64,000 nt of DNA, taken from an uncultured Candidatus Entotheonella sp. (lineage in GTDB: Bacteria > Tectomicrobia > Entotheonellia > Entotheonellales > Entotheonellaceae). The stretch spans positions 480,001 to 544,000 of the forward strand of contig CBDCDA010000002.1 of assembly GCA_965215335.1 (NCBI GenBank). The letters are read 5' to 3'. Shown piece by piece: positions 1 through 9,685 of the stretch (within the stretch, counting starts at the first letter, position 1; every line of letters begins with the position of its first letter). Below the pieces are notes generated by a model. The model was not told the DNA's origin. It saw only the letters and a list, made by a program, of their open reading frames with translations, and did not search any database. Made by a program: the position numbers and the translations under genes.

Positions 1-40
1 TCTCGGGAATCATCCAACCGGGTCTGCGATGGTAATGCAT
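1..40 (-). CDS. 5' end of a gene running off the window; N-terminus reminiscent of MsrP (protein-methionine-sulfoxide reductase)
   Basis: ATG at 40 with AAGGAGG RBS upstream; reads MHYHRRPGWMIPE. Only 13 codons visible. Confidence 0.4.
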   Translation of the reverse strand, partial: MHYHRRPGWMIPE

Positions 41-55
41 GCCTGATCCTCCTTG

Positions 56-616
56 TCAGCGGCTTTCGACCCCGGCCGCCAAGAGACGTTCAATGAGCCG
101 GTGCGCCTGTGGCGCGGTCCAGTCGCGGTAACCCATGCCGCCCGCCACCACGTGACCGCGGCGGTCGATCAGGAAATTCGTCGGCGTCGCCTGGATGCCA
201 AACGCATGCTCGGCCCTCGCCTCCGGGTCCATGACGTGCGGGAAACTGAGGCTGTGCCTGGCAACGTAAGCCCTCACCTGCTCCGCCGTCTCGCCCATGT
301 TCACCGCCAGAATCGCCAGGCCATCGCCTTTGTACCTCCTGTACAACGCCTCAAGTGCAACCCGCTCCCGCTCGCAATAATGGCACCAGGTGGTCCAGAA
401 ATTGAGGATGAGCACGCGGTCCTGAAACGACAGCAGGGGCACCGGCCTGCCGTCCACGTCCGGCAGGCTGACGTCCGGCAGGGCGATGGATTCGGGAAAG
501 AGGAAGAAGTTCAGAGCTTCGTAGTCCGCCTCGTCGGCAACAGCGGCGCGGTGCGGAAGCGTGGTGCCGAGAACAAGCACCGCGGCGATCAGTGCGGCAA
601 CGATCCAACGTTTCAT
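56..616 (-). CDS. TlpA/ResA-family thiol-disulfide oxidoreductase, exported
   Basis: Signal-like N-terminus MKRWIVAALIAAV; LNFWTTWCHYC CxxC motif; cis-Pro motif ATPTNFLID. Confidence 0.9.
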   Translation of the reverse strand: MKRWIVAALIAAVLVLGTTLPHRAAVADEADYEALNFFLFPESIALPDVSLPDVDGRPVPLLSFQDRVLILNFWTTWCHYCERERVALEALYRRYKGDGLAILAVNMGETAEQVRAYVARHSLSFPHVMDPEARAEHAFGIQATPTNFLIDRRGHVVAGGMGYRDWTAPQAHRLIERLLAAGVESR

Positions 617-737
617 GGTGGGTTCCATTTCCTCGACCAACGACAGCTTGACGTGCCGTCGGCGTTGCTGGCTGGTTCGTTTTTCCTTTTCCAACACGAA
701 AACCCAGGAAGGCAGGGCTACATTCCTGAATTCCAGG

Positions 738-3029
738 TCAGCCCCCCTGCAAGTGAGCAAGCTGCCACTCGGGCCGAAAACGGCGCAGGCGCAGGGAGTT
801 GCACACCACCGACACCGAGCTCAGCGCCATGGCTGCGGCGGCCAGAGCCGGATTGAGCGACACGCCGAAGACGGGATACAGCACCCCGGCGGCTACGGGG
901 ATGCCCAGCAGGTTGTAGATGAAGGCCCAGAAGAGATTCTGCCGGATGGTGCGCATCGTGCGGCGGGAAAGCTGCATGGCGGTCGCAATGCTGCGTACAT
1001 CGCCGGTGATCAGGGTCACGTCGGCCGCCGCCATGGCCACGTCGGTGCCGCTGCCGATAGCGATGCCGACGTCGGCCTGCGCCAAGGCCGGGGCGTCGTT
1101 GATGCCGTCGCCAACCATCGCGACGCACTTGCCTTGCGCCTGCAGTTGCTTCACTTGCGCGGCTTTCTGGTCGGGCATGACCTCGGCGAGGACGGTGTCG
1201 ATGCCGAGCTGGCGCGCCACGGCTTGGGCGCTGAGGTGATGGTCGCCGGTGAGCACGAGCACCTCGAGGCCGAGCCGTTGCAGGGCGACAACCGCCTCGT
1301 GGGCGTGCGGCTTGAGGGTGTCGGCAACCGCGATGACCCCGGCGGCGTGGCGGTCCAGGGCGACGAAAACCGGGGTTTTGCCGTCGCCAGCCAGGCGATC
1401 GGCGACTTCTTCGAGCTTGCCGAGCGAAATGCCCGCCCGCTGCATGAGAGCATGATTGCCAAGCAGAACCGAATGAGCACCGACCACCGCCGACATGCCC
1501 TGACCTGGCAGAGCTTCGGCGTCGTGGGCGGCTTCGAGTTCCAACCCTCCCCGGACCCCTCCCGGCGGGCAGGGAACTTCAGTGGCGCGCGCGGCCGCGA
1601 CAATGGCCTGCGCGACCGGGTGCTCGGAGGCTTGCTCCGTCGAGGCGGCCAGGCGCAACACCTCGGATTCGGTGAAGCCGTTATGGGTAACGACGTCGGT
1701 GACGCCCGGCCGGCCCTGCGTGAGGGTGCCGGTCTTGTCCAGAATCACCGCCTGGAGCTTGTGGGCGGTTTCCAGAGCGGGGCTGCTTTTGAACAGGATG
1801 CCGTGCTCGGCGCCCTTGCCCGTGCCGACCCGGATGGCCGTGGGGGTGGCCAGCCCCAGCGCGCAGGGGCAGGCGACGATCAGCACGGCAACGAAGTTGA
1901 GCAGCGCGAATGCAATGGCCGGGGTCGGGCCCCACAGCAGCCAGGCGGCGAAGGTCAGCAGGGCAACGCCGATCACCACGGGCACGAATATGCCGGCCAC
2001 TTGGTCGGCCAGCCGCTGGATGGGCGCTTTGGAACCCTGCGCCTCTTCGACCAGCCGGACGATCTGCGCCAGCACGGTGTCGCGCCCAACCCGCGTGGCG
2101 CGCATGGTAAAGCTGCCGGCCTTGTTGAGCGTGGCGCCGAAGACGGGATCACCGGCGGCCTTGTCCAGCGGCAGGCTCTCGCCGGTGAGCATCGACTCGT
2201 CGAGCGTCGAGTGGCCCTCGGTAATAACGCCGTCGACCGGCACCTTTTCGCCCGGCCGCGCCAGCACCAGATCGCCGACCGTCACGTCCCGCACCGGGAT
2301 GTCCACGGTCTCGCCGCCGCGCCACACGCGAGCCGTCCTGGCCTGCAGGCCCATGAGCTTGCGGATGGCCTCGGAGGTCTGGCCGCGCGCCCGCGCTTCG
2401 AGCAGGCGGCCCAGGATGATCAGGGTGAGAATCATGACGGCGGTATCGAAGTAGACGTGCGTGCCGACGCCAAGGCGGGCGAAGACCTGCGGCAGAAAGG
2501 TGACCGCGGCGCTGTACAGGTAGGCGGCGGAGGTGCCGAGGGCGATGAGGGTGCTCATGTCGGCACTCTTTTGCCTCAGCGCCGCCCAGGTGCCCTGGTA
2601 GAACGACCAGCCGACCCAGAACTGCACCGGCGTGGCAAGAGCAAGGAGAACGCCCGGTTGCCGAAGCCAGCCAGGCGTCCAAGGGAACAAGGCGGGCATG
2701 GAACCGAGCATGACCGACAGGCCAATCGCCAAACTGACGATCAGCTTGCGACTGAGGTCGCGGATTTCCGCCATCCACGCCAAGCGTTCGTGGTCAATGG
2801 GTTCGTCGAGATCGGCCTCGGGAACGGTATAACCGACGTCCTCGATCTTGCGGCTGATGGCTTGGCGGTTCAGATCCGCCGGATCGAAATGTATCGTGGC
2901 CTTTGCGGTGGCGAAATTGACCTGCGCCTGCTGCACGCCGGCAAGACCCTGCAGGGCCTTTTCGATGCGTCCGGCGCATCCGGCACAGTGCATGCCGCTG
3001 ATGGGCAAATCAAGGCGTTGCGTTGCCAT
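738..3029 (-). CDS. copA: Cu(+)-exporting P1B-type ATPase
   Basis: GMHCAGC metal-binding domain, [33 protein letters not shown] and MALSS Cu(+) ligands. Confidence 0.95.
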   Translation of the reverse strand: MATQRLDLPISGMHCAGCAGRIEKALQGLAGVQQAQVNFATAKATIHFDPADLNRQAISRKIEDVGYTVPEADLDEPIDHERLAWMAEIRDLSRKLIVSLAIGLSVMLGSMPALFPWTPGWLRQPGVLLALATPVQFWVGWSFYQGTWAALRQKSADMSTLIALGTSAAYLYSAAVTFLPQVFARLGVGTHVYFDTAVMILTLIILGRLLEARARGQTSEAIRKLMGLQARTARVWRGGETVDIPVRDVTVGDLVLARPGEKVPVDGVITEGHSTLDESMLTGESLPLDKAAGDPVFGATLNKAGSFTMRATRVGRDTVLAQIVRLVEEAQGSKAPIQRLADQVAGIFVPVVIGVALLTFAAWLLWGPTPAIAFALLNFVAVLIVACPCALGLATPTAIRVGTGKGAEHGILFKSSPALETAHKLQAVILDKTGTLTQGRPGVTDVVTHNGFTESEVLRLAASTEQASEHPVAQAIVAAARATEVPCPPGGVRGGLELEAAHDAEALPGQGMSAVVGAHSVLLGNHALMQRAGISLGKLEEVADRLAGDGKTPVFVALDRHAAGVIAVADTLKPHAHEAVVALQRLGLEVLVLTGDHHLSAQAVARQLGIDTVLAEVMPDQKAAQVKQLQAQGKCVAMVGDGINDAPALAQADVGIAIGSGTDVAMAAADVTLITGDVRSIATAMQLSRRTMRTIRQNLFWAFIYNLLGIPVAAGVLYPVFGVSLNPALAAAAMALSSVSVVCNSLRLRRFRPEWQLAHLQGG
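1543..1576. repeat. REP-like imperfect palindrome inserted in frame in copA
   Basis: AACCCTCCCCGGACCCCTCCCGGCGGGCAGGGAA encodes an extra [12 protein letters not shown] segment after [14 protein letters not shown]. Confidence 0.5.
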
Positions 3030-3080
3030 ACCTTGGGATATTCTCCACGCCAGAGCCGGACCGCCCCCGGCATCTGAAAC

Positions 3081-3974
3081 CTACCCTTCGTACACCTCCT
3101 TGAAACGACGAATGGTAGCGATATGTTCCTGAGCCGTGGCAAGCCCGGCGCCGGTGGTGCCGACGCCGAGATGGGTGGCGCCTGCCGCTTTCCAGGCGTT
3201 GGCCTCGTCAATCCAGGCTTGCGGGCCGGCGTCGGCGTTCAAGGTGATGCGACCTTCGAGGCCGAGGCTCGCCGGGTCCCTGCCGGCCTCGTCGACGTAG
3301 CGGCGGATACGATCGATGACTTGACGGCCTTCATCGCTCAGGGAGAACAACGGGAACCATCCGTCGGCCAAACGCGCGATGCGGCGCATGGCTGCGTCGA
3401 GAGGCATCGGACGCGCCGGCGCGCCGGCGCCGATCCAGATGGGAATAGGGCGCTGTACCGGCAGCGGCTTGATGCCAGCGTGAGCGATCCGGTGCCACTG
3501 ACCCTGATAATCCAGGACCTCCTGCGTCCATAACAGGCGCAGCACCGCGATCTGTTCCTCGCAGCGCCTGCCGCGCGAGCGCCAGTCCTCGTTCAGCGCC
3601 TCGTACTCCACCGGATTCCAGCCGACACCGATGCCCAGGCGCACCCGCCCGCCGCTGAGTACGTCCACCTGCGCCGCTTGCTTGGCCACCAACGCCGTCT
3701 GCCGCTGCGGCAGGATGATGATGCCGGTGGTCAGCTCCAGGCTTGTCGTTATCGCAGCCAGATACGCCATCAGCGTGAACGGCTCGTGGATGTAGCTCTC
3801 GTGCGTGTAATAGAACGCCGGTACCTCCGGGTGAAACTGCGGGTCGGCGCCCAAAACGTGGTCCAAAATCCTCAGGTGCGAGTATCCCAGCTCGTCCGCG
3901 GTCTGCACAAAATCCCGTGAGGCGGTAAAATCCGCCCCGATATCCACAGTCGGAAACGCAACCCCAACGCGCAT
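3081..3974 (-). CDS. LLM-class (luciferase-like), probably F420-dependent oxidoreductase
   Basis: MRVGVAFP start, DHVLG, HEPFTLMAYLAA, ILPQRQTALVAKQAA, SGGRVRLGIGVGWN. Confidence 0.88.
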   Translation of the reverse strand: MRVGVAFPTVDIGADFTASRDFVQTADELGYSHLRILDHVLGADPQFHPEVPAFYYTHESYIHEPFTLMAYLAAITTSLELTTGIIILPQRQTALVAKQAAQVDVLSGGRVRLGIGVGWNPVEYEALNEDWRSRGRRCEEQIAVLRLLWTQEVLDYQGQWHRIAHAGIKPLPVQRPIPIWIGAGAPARPMPLDAAMRRIARLADGWFPLFSLSDEGRQVIDRIRRYVDEAGRDPASLGLEGRITLNADAGPQAWIDEANAWKAAGATHLGVGTTGAGLATAQEHIATIRRFKEVYEG

Positions 3975-4287
3975 GTCGCCAACACCTTTCCCAAGCGTTT
4001 TCACCGTGCCTCAGGAGGCCGTCATGTTGCCGAGCAGCATAAGACCTTCACCCCCCGTTTTCAACTCGCTGGCACTCGGCGCAGGCGATCCGGACTGCGT
4101 GCATCACTCCGCCCTGGACGAGATGGGTGAAGTGTGCGCATCGCTCCGCGGATGCGAAAGACCAGGCGGAAATGCTGGCCACCATGATTCAGGGAGACAG
4201 GCTGCGAGACCTCAGCGACCTGCCGTTCGATCTCACGGTTTAATGCACTTCCGCTGTCCAAAGTCCGTGGCGTGACAGCCCGGCTGC

Positions 4288-5085
4288 TCAATCGCCATCG
4301 GTCGGGTATTGAAAATCGGGCATGGACCTCATGAGCGCGGACACAATCGCGGGCGGTGCTTTTGCAACCAGGTCTGCCAGAATACCTTGAACGGCTTGCC
4401 CAGGACTCCGGCCCTGCAACAGTTCCTCGGGCGACACGGCATCGTCGCCGTCAGCATCGTACGAGTCGCTCAGGTGGCTGACAACAAAGGGACCCAATAC
4501 GGAAGCCGCGAGTTGGGCGAAGAGGAGCTTGTCCAAAGAAACGAACGCTTCCCGCTGCTGGGCGGCAATCCCGCCATAGGCGATGAAGAAGCTGGCCGTG
4601 CGCATCGCCTGTCTGAACTCGGCGCGTGAAAACGTCCCGTCTCCGGTGACGTCAATCAGGCCGACAACCGCCGCGACACATCGTGTCGTGATACCGTCCA
4701 TATTCCTGCACGACGCGAGCAGATCATCGAGTTCGCTGAAAACGGCAACGACATCGGTAAACAGCAGGGACATGGACCCCGGCAGGCCGTCGCACTGCTT
4801 GAGGTCATCCAAGAACAGGACCCGTTCACGCGCTTCGCCTCTTACCCTCAGCATGACGGCCTCGCCCGCCCATTCGGCCGGGACGACCGCAACCTCGGTC
4901 TCCGACCCCTCCCGTTCGATCATCAGGACGAGACGCGAATTCACGAGAAGCGTGAGACCATCCTGACCGCATTCCGCCGTGCTCCAGACTCCCGTCGCCC
5001 GCTCCGGTACGGGCCCGGCCGTGCACAGCGAGCCGCACAAGGTGAGAGCCGCAAGGCCAGCCATCAAGAAAACAGACCCTTTCAT
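4288..5085 (-). CDS. Exported hypothetical protein with two EF-hand-like loops
   Basis: GGAGG RBS; signal peptide MKGSVFLMAGLAALTLCG; loops DVTGDGTFSRAE and DADGDDAVSPEE. Confidence 0.65.
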   Translation of the reverse strand: MKGSVFLMAGLAALTLCGSLCTAGPVPERATGVWSTAECGQDGLTLLVNSRLVLMIEREGSETEVAVVPAEWAGEAVMLRVRGEARERVLFLDDLKQCDGLPGSMSLLFTDVVAVFSELDDLLASCRNMDGITTRCVAAVVGLIDVTGDGTFSRAEFRQAMRTASFFIAYGGIAAQQREAFVSLDKLLFAQLAASVLGPFVVSHLSDSYDADGDDAVSPEELLQGRSPGQAVQGILADLVAKAPPAIVSALMRSMPDFQYPTDGD

Positions 5086-5290
5086 CCATCCTCCTTCCCG
5101 CTTGTCGCCCCGAACAGAAACCGCCACCGAACAATCCTCTCATCATACCGCAAGGCCCGCGAATGTCTGCCTGACTTGCCGCCCGTGCAAATGGCATTCC
5201 CCCGCCCCATGCGGTACAATGGCGTCCCGCCAGGCGGTCTCGCGCACCCACGACCCTGTCCAGTCACCACCCGCTAGCGAGAACGGCGCC

Positions 5291-6076
5291 ATGAGGGACG
5301 CATTTCGCAAGGCCCGACTTAAAAAGATGGTCGAAGACACGAAGACGTGGCAGGGCCGGACATTCGACCATGTGGTCAAGGGCCTGATCATCTTCTCGAT
5401 TGTCAGCTATTCCATCGAGACACTGCCGGATTTGTCCTCCCGCACGCAGCGCTTCTTTCATGCCCTGGAAGTGGCGGTCGTCCTCCTATTCACGCTGGAG
5501 TACGCCCTGCGCATCTATGTGGCGGACAGAAAGCTGGCCTATGTCTTCAGCCCGCTGGGCATCATCGACCTGCTGGCCATTCTGCCGTTTTACATCCTCC
5601 TTGGCGGCGCCGATTCCCGTGCCGTGCGGGCCCTGCGCCTGTTGCGGATCGCCCGAACGCTCAAGCTGATGCGCTACCACCTGGCCATTGACCGGGTGCT
5701 ACGGGCCGTGGTCATCGCCAGGGAAGAAATCGTGCTGTTCTTCTCCTTCACGGCCATAGCCCTCTACCTCGCCGCCAGCGGTATTCACTACTTCGAAAGT
5801 GAGGTGCAGCCCGACAAATTCGGGTCGGTTTTCCATGGCCTGTGGTGGGCCGTCGTGACGCTGACCACCGTGGGCTACGGCGATGTCTACCCGGTAACCA
5901 CGGGCGGGCGGTTGTTCACCTTTCTCATCCTCATGATCGGCATGGGCATCATCGCCGTGCCTCCTGGCATCATCTCCTCCGCCCTCTCCAAGGCACGGCA
6001 GGAGCAGGACAGGGCGGATAAATCCACACCCTCGAATCAAGAGACAAAAAAGCAACCCACAAAGATGGATACATGA
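5291..6076 (+). CDS. Voltage-gated-type potassium channel (ion transporter)
   Basis: S4-like RAVRALRLLRIARTLKLMR; pore WWAVVTLTTVGYGD. Confidence 0.93.
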   Translation: MRDAFRKARLKKMVEDTKTWQGRTFDHVVKGLIIFSIVSYSIETLPDLSSRTQRFFHALEVAVVLLFTLEYALRIYVADRKLAYVFSPLGIIDLLAILPFYILLGGADSRAVRALRLLRIARTLKLMRYHLAIDRVLRAVVIAREEIVLFFSFTAIALYLAASGIHYFESEVQPDKFGSVFHGLWWAVVTLTTVGYGDVYPVTTGGRLFTFLILMIGMGIIAVPPGIISSALSKARQEQDRADKSTPSNQETKKQPTKMDT

Positions 6077-6226
6077 TACGTTGTCCCCATTCCGGGTAAG
6101 CCCCGATGCTGGACCTGGAACGCCTGAATATTGACGCGGAGGCATCTTTTGAGGACGTAAACAGTCATGGCCGGTTGCCGACCCGACGACTTCAGCATCC
6201 TGCAGGCGGCAACGGCGGCGGCTGAG

Positions 6227-6356
6227 CTTGATGGTCGCGGCATGCCCGGAGGACATCATGCTGGTGGTGCCGGGCGGCCCGGGGGTCAAATCGACCCGCG
6301 TCCCGACGTGGGGCGGGGGCACGCGGGCCGTGACGCGGGTCGTTGAACAGGAGTGA
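6227..6356 (+). pseudogene. 3' remnant of a gene of unknown function
   Basis: Frame reads LMVAACPEDIMLVVPGGPGVKSTRVPTWGGGTRAVTRVVEQE* with host-like codons but no upstream gene body. Confidence 0.35.
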
Positions 6357-6455
6357 CGGGGACGTTACACTTTGGTGCGCGGCACCCAAGGCATCGCAGG
6401 CGGGCAGCCGTTCGGCGAGCAACAGCAAAACAACGAAACGATCAGGGGAATTCGC

Positions 6456-6725
6456 ATGCCAAAGGCAGGGCTGGTTGGCGCCATTTTCGGCGCGGTCATT
6501 ATCGGAATGGTGCTATACCTGTCTCTCGGCTTCGACCAGGTCAGATGTGAAGTGTGCGTCGAATACAAAGGCCAGAGCGAATGCCGCACCGCCGCCGGGG
6601 CCGACACCGAAACCGCCTCGCGCACGGCGCGCGACAACGCCTGCGCCTTCCTGATCAGCAGCAAAACCGACGCCTTCCTGTGCGGGCAGGGAACACCGAA
6701 AAGCATCAGCTGCCAATCCCGGTAA
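6456..6725 (+). CDS. Small membrane-anchored Cys-rich hypothetical protein
   Basis: N-terminal TM helix followed by six Cys (CEVC..C..C..C..C); strong codon bias; directly upstream of a TlpA. Confidence 0.7.
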   Translation: MPKAGLVGAIFGAVIIGMVLYLSLGFDQVRCEVCVEYKGQSECRTAAGADTETASRTARDNACAFLISSKTDAFLCGQGTPKSISCQSR

Positions 6726-6757
6726 CCCCTCCAGACCTCACGCGGAACATGCAAGCC

Positions 6758-7336
6758 ATGACATCTCCGGAAGCACCACCCGGAAAATCCGGTTCCTGGA
6801 ACGTCACCCTGCTGTGGTTCGCGCCTTTCCTCGCTCTGGCGCTCATTCTGGCTTACGGCTGGTGGACCCGGCCGGCCCCTGAATCCGACCTCGGGCCGCG
6901 CGTCGGGCAGCCCCTGGCCGATTTCACCCTGCCGGACATGAACGGCGAGCCTGTGCGGCTCGCCACCTTGCAAGGCAAGGTCGTATTCATCAATGTCTGG
7001 ACCACTTGGTGCCCGCCCTGCATCGAGGAAATGCCGACCATCCAGCGTCTCTACGAGCAACTGCACCCGAAGGGTCTTGAAGTCCTGGCCATCAACATGG
7101 ACGCCCTCGGCAGGCAAACCGTCGAGCCATTCCTCGACAAGCGACGCCTCACCTTCCCGGTCCTGCTCGACCCCGAGAGCCGGACCGAGCGCCTGTACCG
7201 AACCGCCGGCGTGCCGGAGAGCTTCATTGTGGACAAGACGGGCCTGCTGGTCGAAAAAATCGTCGGCCCGCGAGACTGGGCTCACCCGGAGATCATCGCC
7301 CTGTTCAAGCGCCTGCTGGCGGCACCACACGGCTAG
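6758..7336 (+). CDS. TlpA/ResA-family thiol-disulfide oxidoreductase
   Basis: TM anchor, INVWTTWCPPC, GVPESFIVD, GPRDW. Confidence 0.9.
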   Translation: MTSPEAPPGKSGSWNVTLLWFAPFLALALILAYGWWTRPAPESDLGPRVGQPLADFTLPDMNGEPVRLATLQGKVVFINVWTTWCPPCIEEMPTIQRLYEQLHPKGLEVLAINMDALGRQTVEPFLDKRRLTFPVLLDPESRTERLYRTAGVPESFIVDKTGLLVEKIVGPRDWAHPEIIALFKRLLAAPHG

Positions 7337-7353
7337 AAGCTCCGCCGGGTGAA

Positions 7354-7878
7354 TTATCGAGCCCGCACGTGATTGACAAGATGATGGTGGGAAAACATGA
7401 AGTCCTGGTGCCGCAACGGGGTATGGCACACGACACACTGCAGCTCGTTGGCTTTTGGCGTGCCATCGGGGTTGTAGAACGCGAATCCCCAATTGCCTAC
7501 CCGGTGCTCCACCGGGTAGGCGGCGTCCCAGTTATCCCGCCTCTGCATGACGGCAACCGCGGCGAGCTGATCAATGACGTAGATGCCGTCGTCACCCACC
7601 AGGGCCTTGCCATCGACGTCTTTCTTCGGCTTGTAGACCTCCATGACGAGAATCGAGCCCGAGGCCGCCTTCGGAGCTTCCTCGTAACTGGAAATGGCCA
7701 CGTCGTTGGCATACATCTTGGCCACGAGTTCACTGCCCACTCGATTCAGGGTCACATAGTTCGTGAAGGACGTGTCGTAACCCTCGGGGAAGGCGACGAA
7801 GTCGGGGTCTCCACCCGCATGAACGCATACGGCGGACAGGATACATACCAGGCTGACGACAGTCTTGGGGTACGTCAC
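7354..7878 (-). CDS. Cytochrome P460/c'-beta family c-type cytochrome
   Basis: Signal peptide; FPEGY; GSILVME; GNWGFAFY; C-terminal CVVCH followed by DFMFS. Confidence 0.8.
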   Translation of the reverse strand: MTYPKTVVSLVCILSAVCVHAGGDPDFVAFPEGYDTSFTNYVTLNRVGSELVAKMYANDVAISSYEEAPKAASGSILVMEVYKPKKDVDGKALVGDDGIYVIDQLAAVAVMQRRDNWDAAYPVEHRVGNWGFAFYNPDGTPKANELQCVVCHTPLRHQDFMFSHHHLVNHVRAR

Positions 7879-8153
7879 AAGGCTTTCTCCTCTGAGGTCG
7901 TGATGAGCAATGCGCACCGCCGGTTTCCCGGCCAAACAGGGGTGCTGGTCCTGAAACATGCAGAACACCTACCTGTTAAAGGCGGGCTTGTCAACCGGAA
8001 GGTGGGTGTCGGAAGGTGAGCGAGAGAGGGCGAAACATGCAACTGACAAATCACACGGAATACGCGCTGCGCGTATTGATCTGCAGCGCCCTTCACGCGG
8101 AAGCCAGCCCTGACGCAATTGTTGGCCGCGCCGACTGACCTGCGAACCCCTCT

Positions 8154-8819
8154 TCAGGCGTAAGCTCGGGTGCGGTGCCGGACGATCTCGCCTTCCACCG
8201 TATAGATCACATCCTCAGCCACGTTGGTCGCCAAGTCGCCAATGCGCTCCAGATGCCGGGCCACTGACAGCGTGTGCACCAGACGCTCCACGTCGTCAGG
8301 ATTCGAGCGGATCTCCTCCTGGATCTCCCGGTGGATTTCGCGGTTGTAGCGGTCCACCGCCCGGTCGTCGGCGCACACCTGGCGGGCCATCGTGGTATCG
8401 TCCTGCACCAGGGCATCCAGGCTGTGTCGCACCATCAGTTCGACCTCGCGCGCCATGGCCGCCAGGCTCGAGGGCAGCGTCTGGCGGGGCTGCTGTGCCA
8501 GGTACTCGGCGCGCCGCGCAATGTTGACCGCCTTGTCCGCCATGCGCTCCAGGTCGTTGTTGATTTTCAGCACGGCGACGACAAACCGGAGGTCAACCGC
8601 CACCGGTTGATACAACGCCAGCAGCTTCAGGCAGTCCTCCTCCACCTCGACCTCCATCTGATCTATATCGTTGTCCCCTTCGACAACCTCGAGCGCCAGA
8701 ACCGCATCGTGCTTGACCACCGAATCGATGGCCTTGGCGATCCGCTCCTCCACCATGGCGCTCAACCCCAAGAGCTTTTGCTTGAGCGCTTCGATCTCAC
8801 GCAGGAAGTGCTGTGGCAT
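8154..8819 (-). CDS. phoU: Phosphate signalling complex protein PhoU
   Basis: QPVAVDLR, DLERMAD, LERIGDLATNVAEDVIY; follows pstB. Confidence 0.95.
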   Translation of the reverse strand: MPQHFLREIEALKQKLLGLSAMVEERIAKAIDSVVKHDAVLALEVVEGDNDIDQMEVEVEEDCLKLLALYQPVAVDLRFVVAVLKINNDLERMADKAVNIARRAEYLAQQPRQTLPSSLAAMAREVELMVRHSLDALVQDDTTMARQVCADDRAVDRYNREIHREIQEEIRSNPDDVERLVHTLSVARHLERIGDLATNVAEDVIYTVEGEIVRHRTRAYA

Positions 8820-8850
8820 GGGACCCTCCTTCTCCCTCTCCGGACGACGG

Positions 8851-9666
8851 CTACCCGAAACGGCCCGTAATGTAGTCCTGGGTCTGCTTCCTGACGGGCG
8901 ACCTGAAGATGTTGGCCGTCTCGCCGAACTCGACCAGATCCCCGAGGTACATGAAGGCCGTGTAATCCGACACCCGCGACGCCTGCTGCATGTTGTGCGT
9001 CACGATCAACACCGTGTAGCTCTGCGTCAATTCGTGGATCAGGTCCTCGACGCGCCCGGTGGCGATGGGGTCCAGCGCCGAACACGGCTCGTCCATGAGA
9101 ATGACGTCCGGATTCACCGCGATGGCGCGCGCGATGCACAACCGCTGCATCTGGCCGCCGGAAAGCTGCAGGGCCGATTCCCGCAGCCGGTCCTTCACCT
9201 CGTCCCACAACGCCGCGCCACGAAGACTGCGCTCGACCGTCTCGTCGAGCAGCGCCTTGTTGCTCACACCGGCAATGCGCAGGCCGTAGATAACGTTTTC
9301 GTAAATCGACTTGGGAAACGGATTGTACTTCTGGAACACCATGCCAACCCGCCGCCGCAGGTGGATGACGTCCACCGTCGGCACGTTGACGTTCTCGCCG
9401 TCCAGCTCGATGACACCCTCCACCCGTACGTTCTCTACCAGGTCATTCATGCGGTTGAAGCACCGTAGCAGCGTCGATTTGCCGCAGCCCGACGGCCCGA
9501 TGAACGCCGTTACCTGACGGCGTGGCACCAGCATGCTGACGTCCTGCAGCGCCATGACGCTGCCGTAGTAGAGATACAGGTTCTCCACCCTGATGATCGG
9601 ATCGAGGATCTTGACCTCCTCGACCATGTTGTCCGGTGCTTCCAGCGATTGATCCGGCAGTGCCAT
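8851..9666 (-). CDS. pstB: Phosphate ABC transporter ATPase
   Basis: [44 protein letters not shown]. Confidence 0.97.
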   Translation of the reverse strand: MALPDQSLEAPDNMVEEVKILDPIIRVENLYLYYGSVMALQDVSMLVPRRQVTAFIGPSGCGKSTLLRCFNRMNDLVENVRVEGVIELDGENVNVPTVDVIHLRRRVGMVFQKYNPFPKSIYENVIYGLRIAGVSNKALLDETVERSLRGAALWDEVKDRLRESALQLSGGQMQRLCIARAIAVNPDVILMDEPCSALDPIATGRVEDLIHELTQSYTVLIVTHNMQQASRVSDYTAFMYLGDLVEFGETANIFRSPVRKQTQDYITGRFG

Positions 9667-9685
9667 ATGATGTCCTTAATCCTGA

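Noticed and set aside
561..3077. 838-aa plus-strand ORF and similar long antisense ORFs (e.g. 18120-20153, 47626-49563, 50729-52774)
   Set aside because: Shadow frames of real high-GC genes on the opposite strand; no motifs.
4061..4291. 76-aa ORF downstream of the EF-hand-like gene
   Set aside because: No motif, weak codon bias and no clear RBS; cannot be supported.
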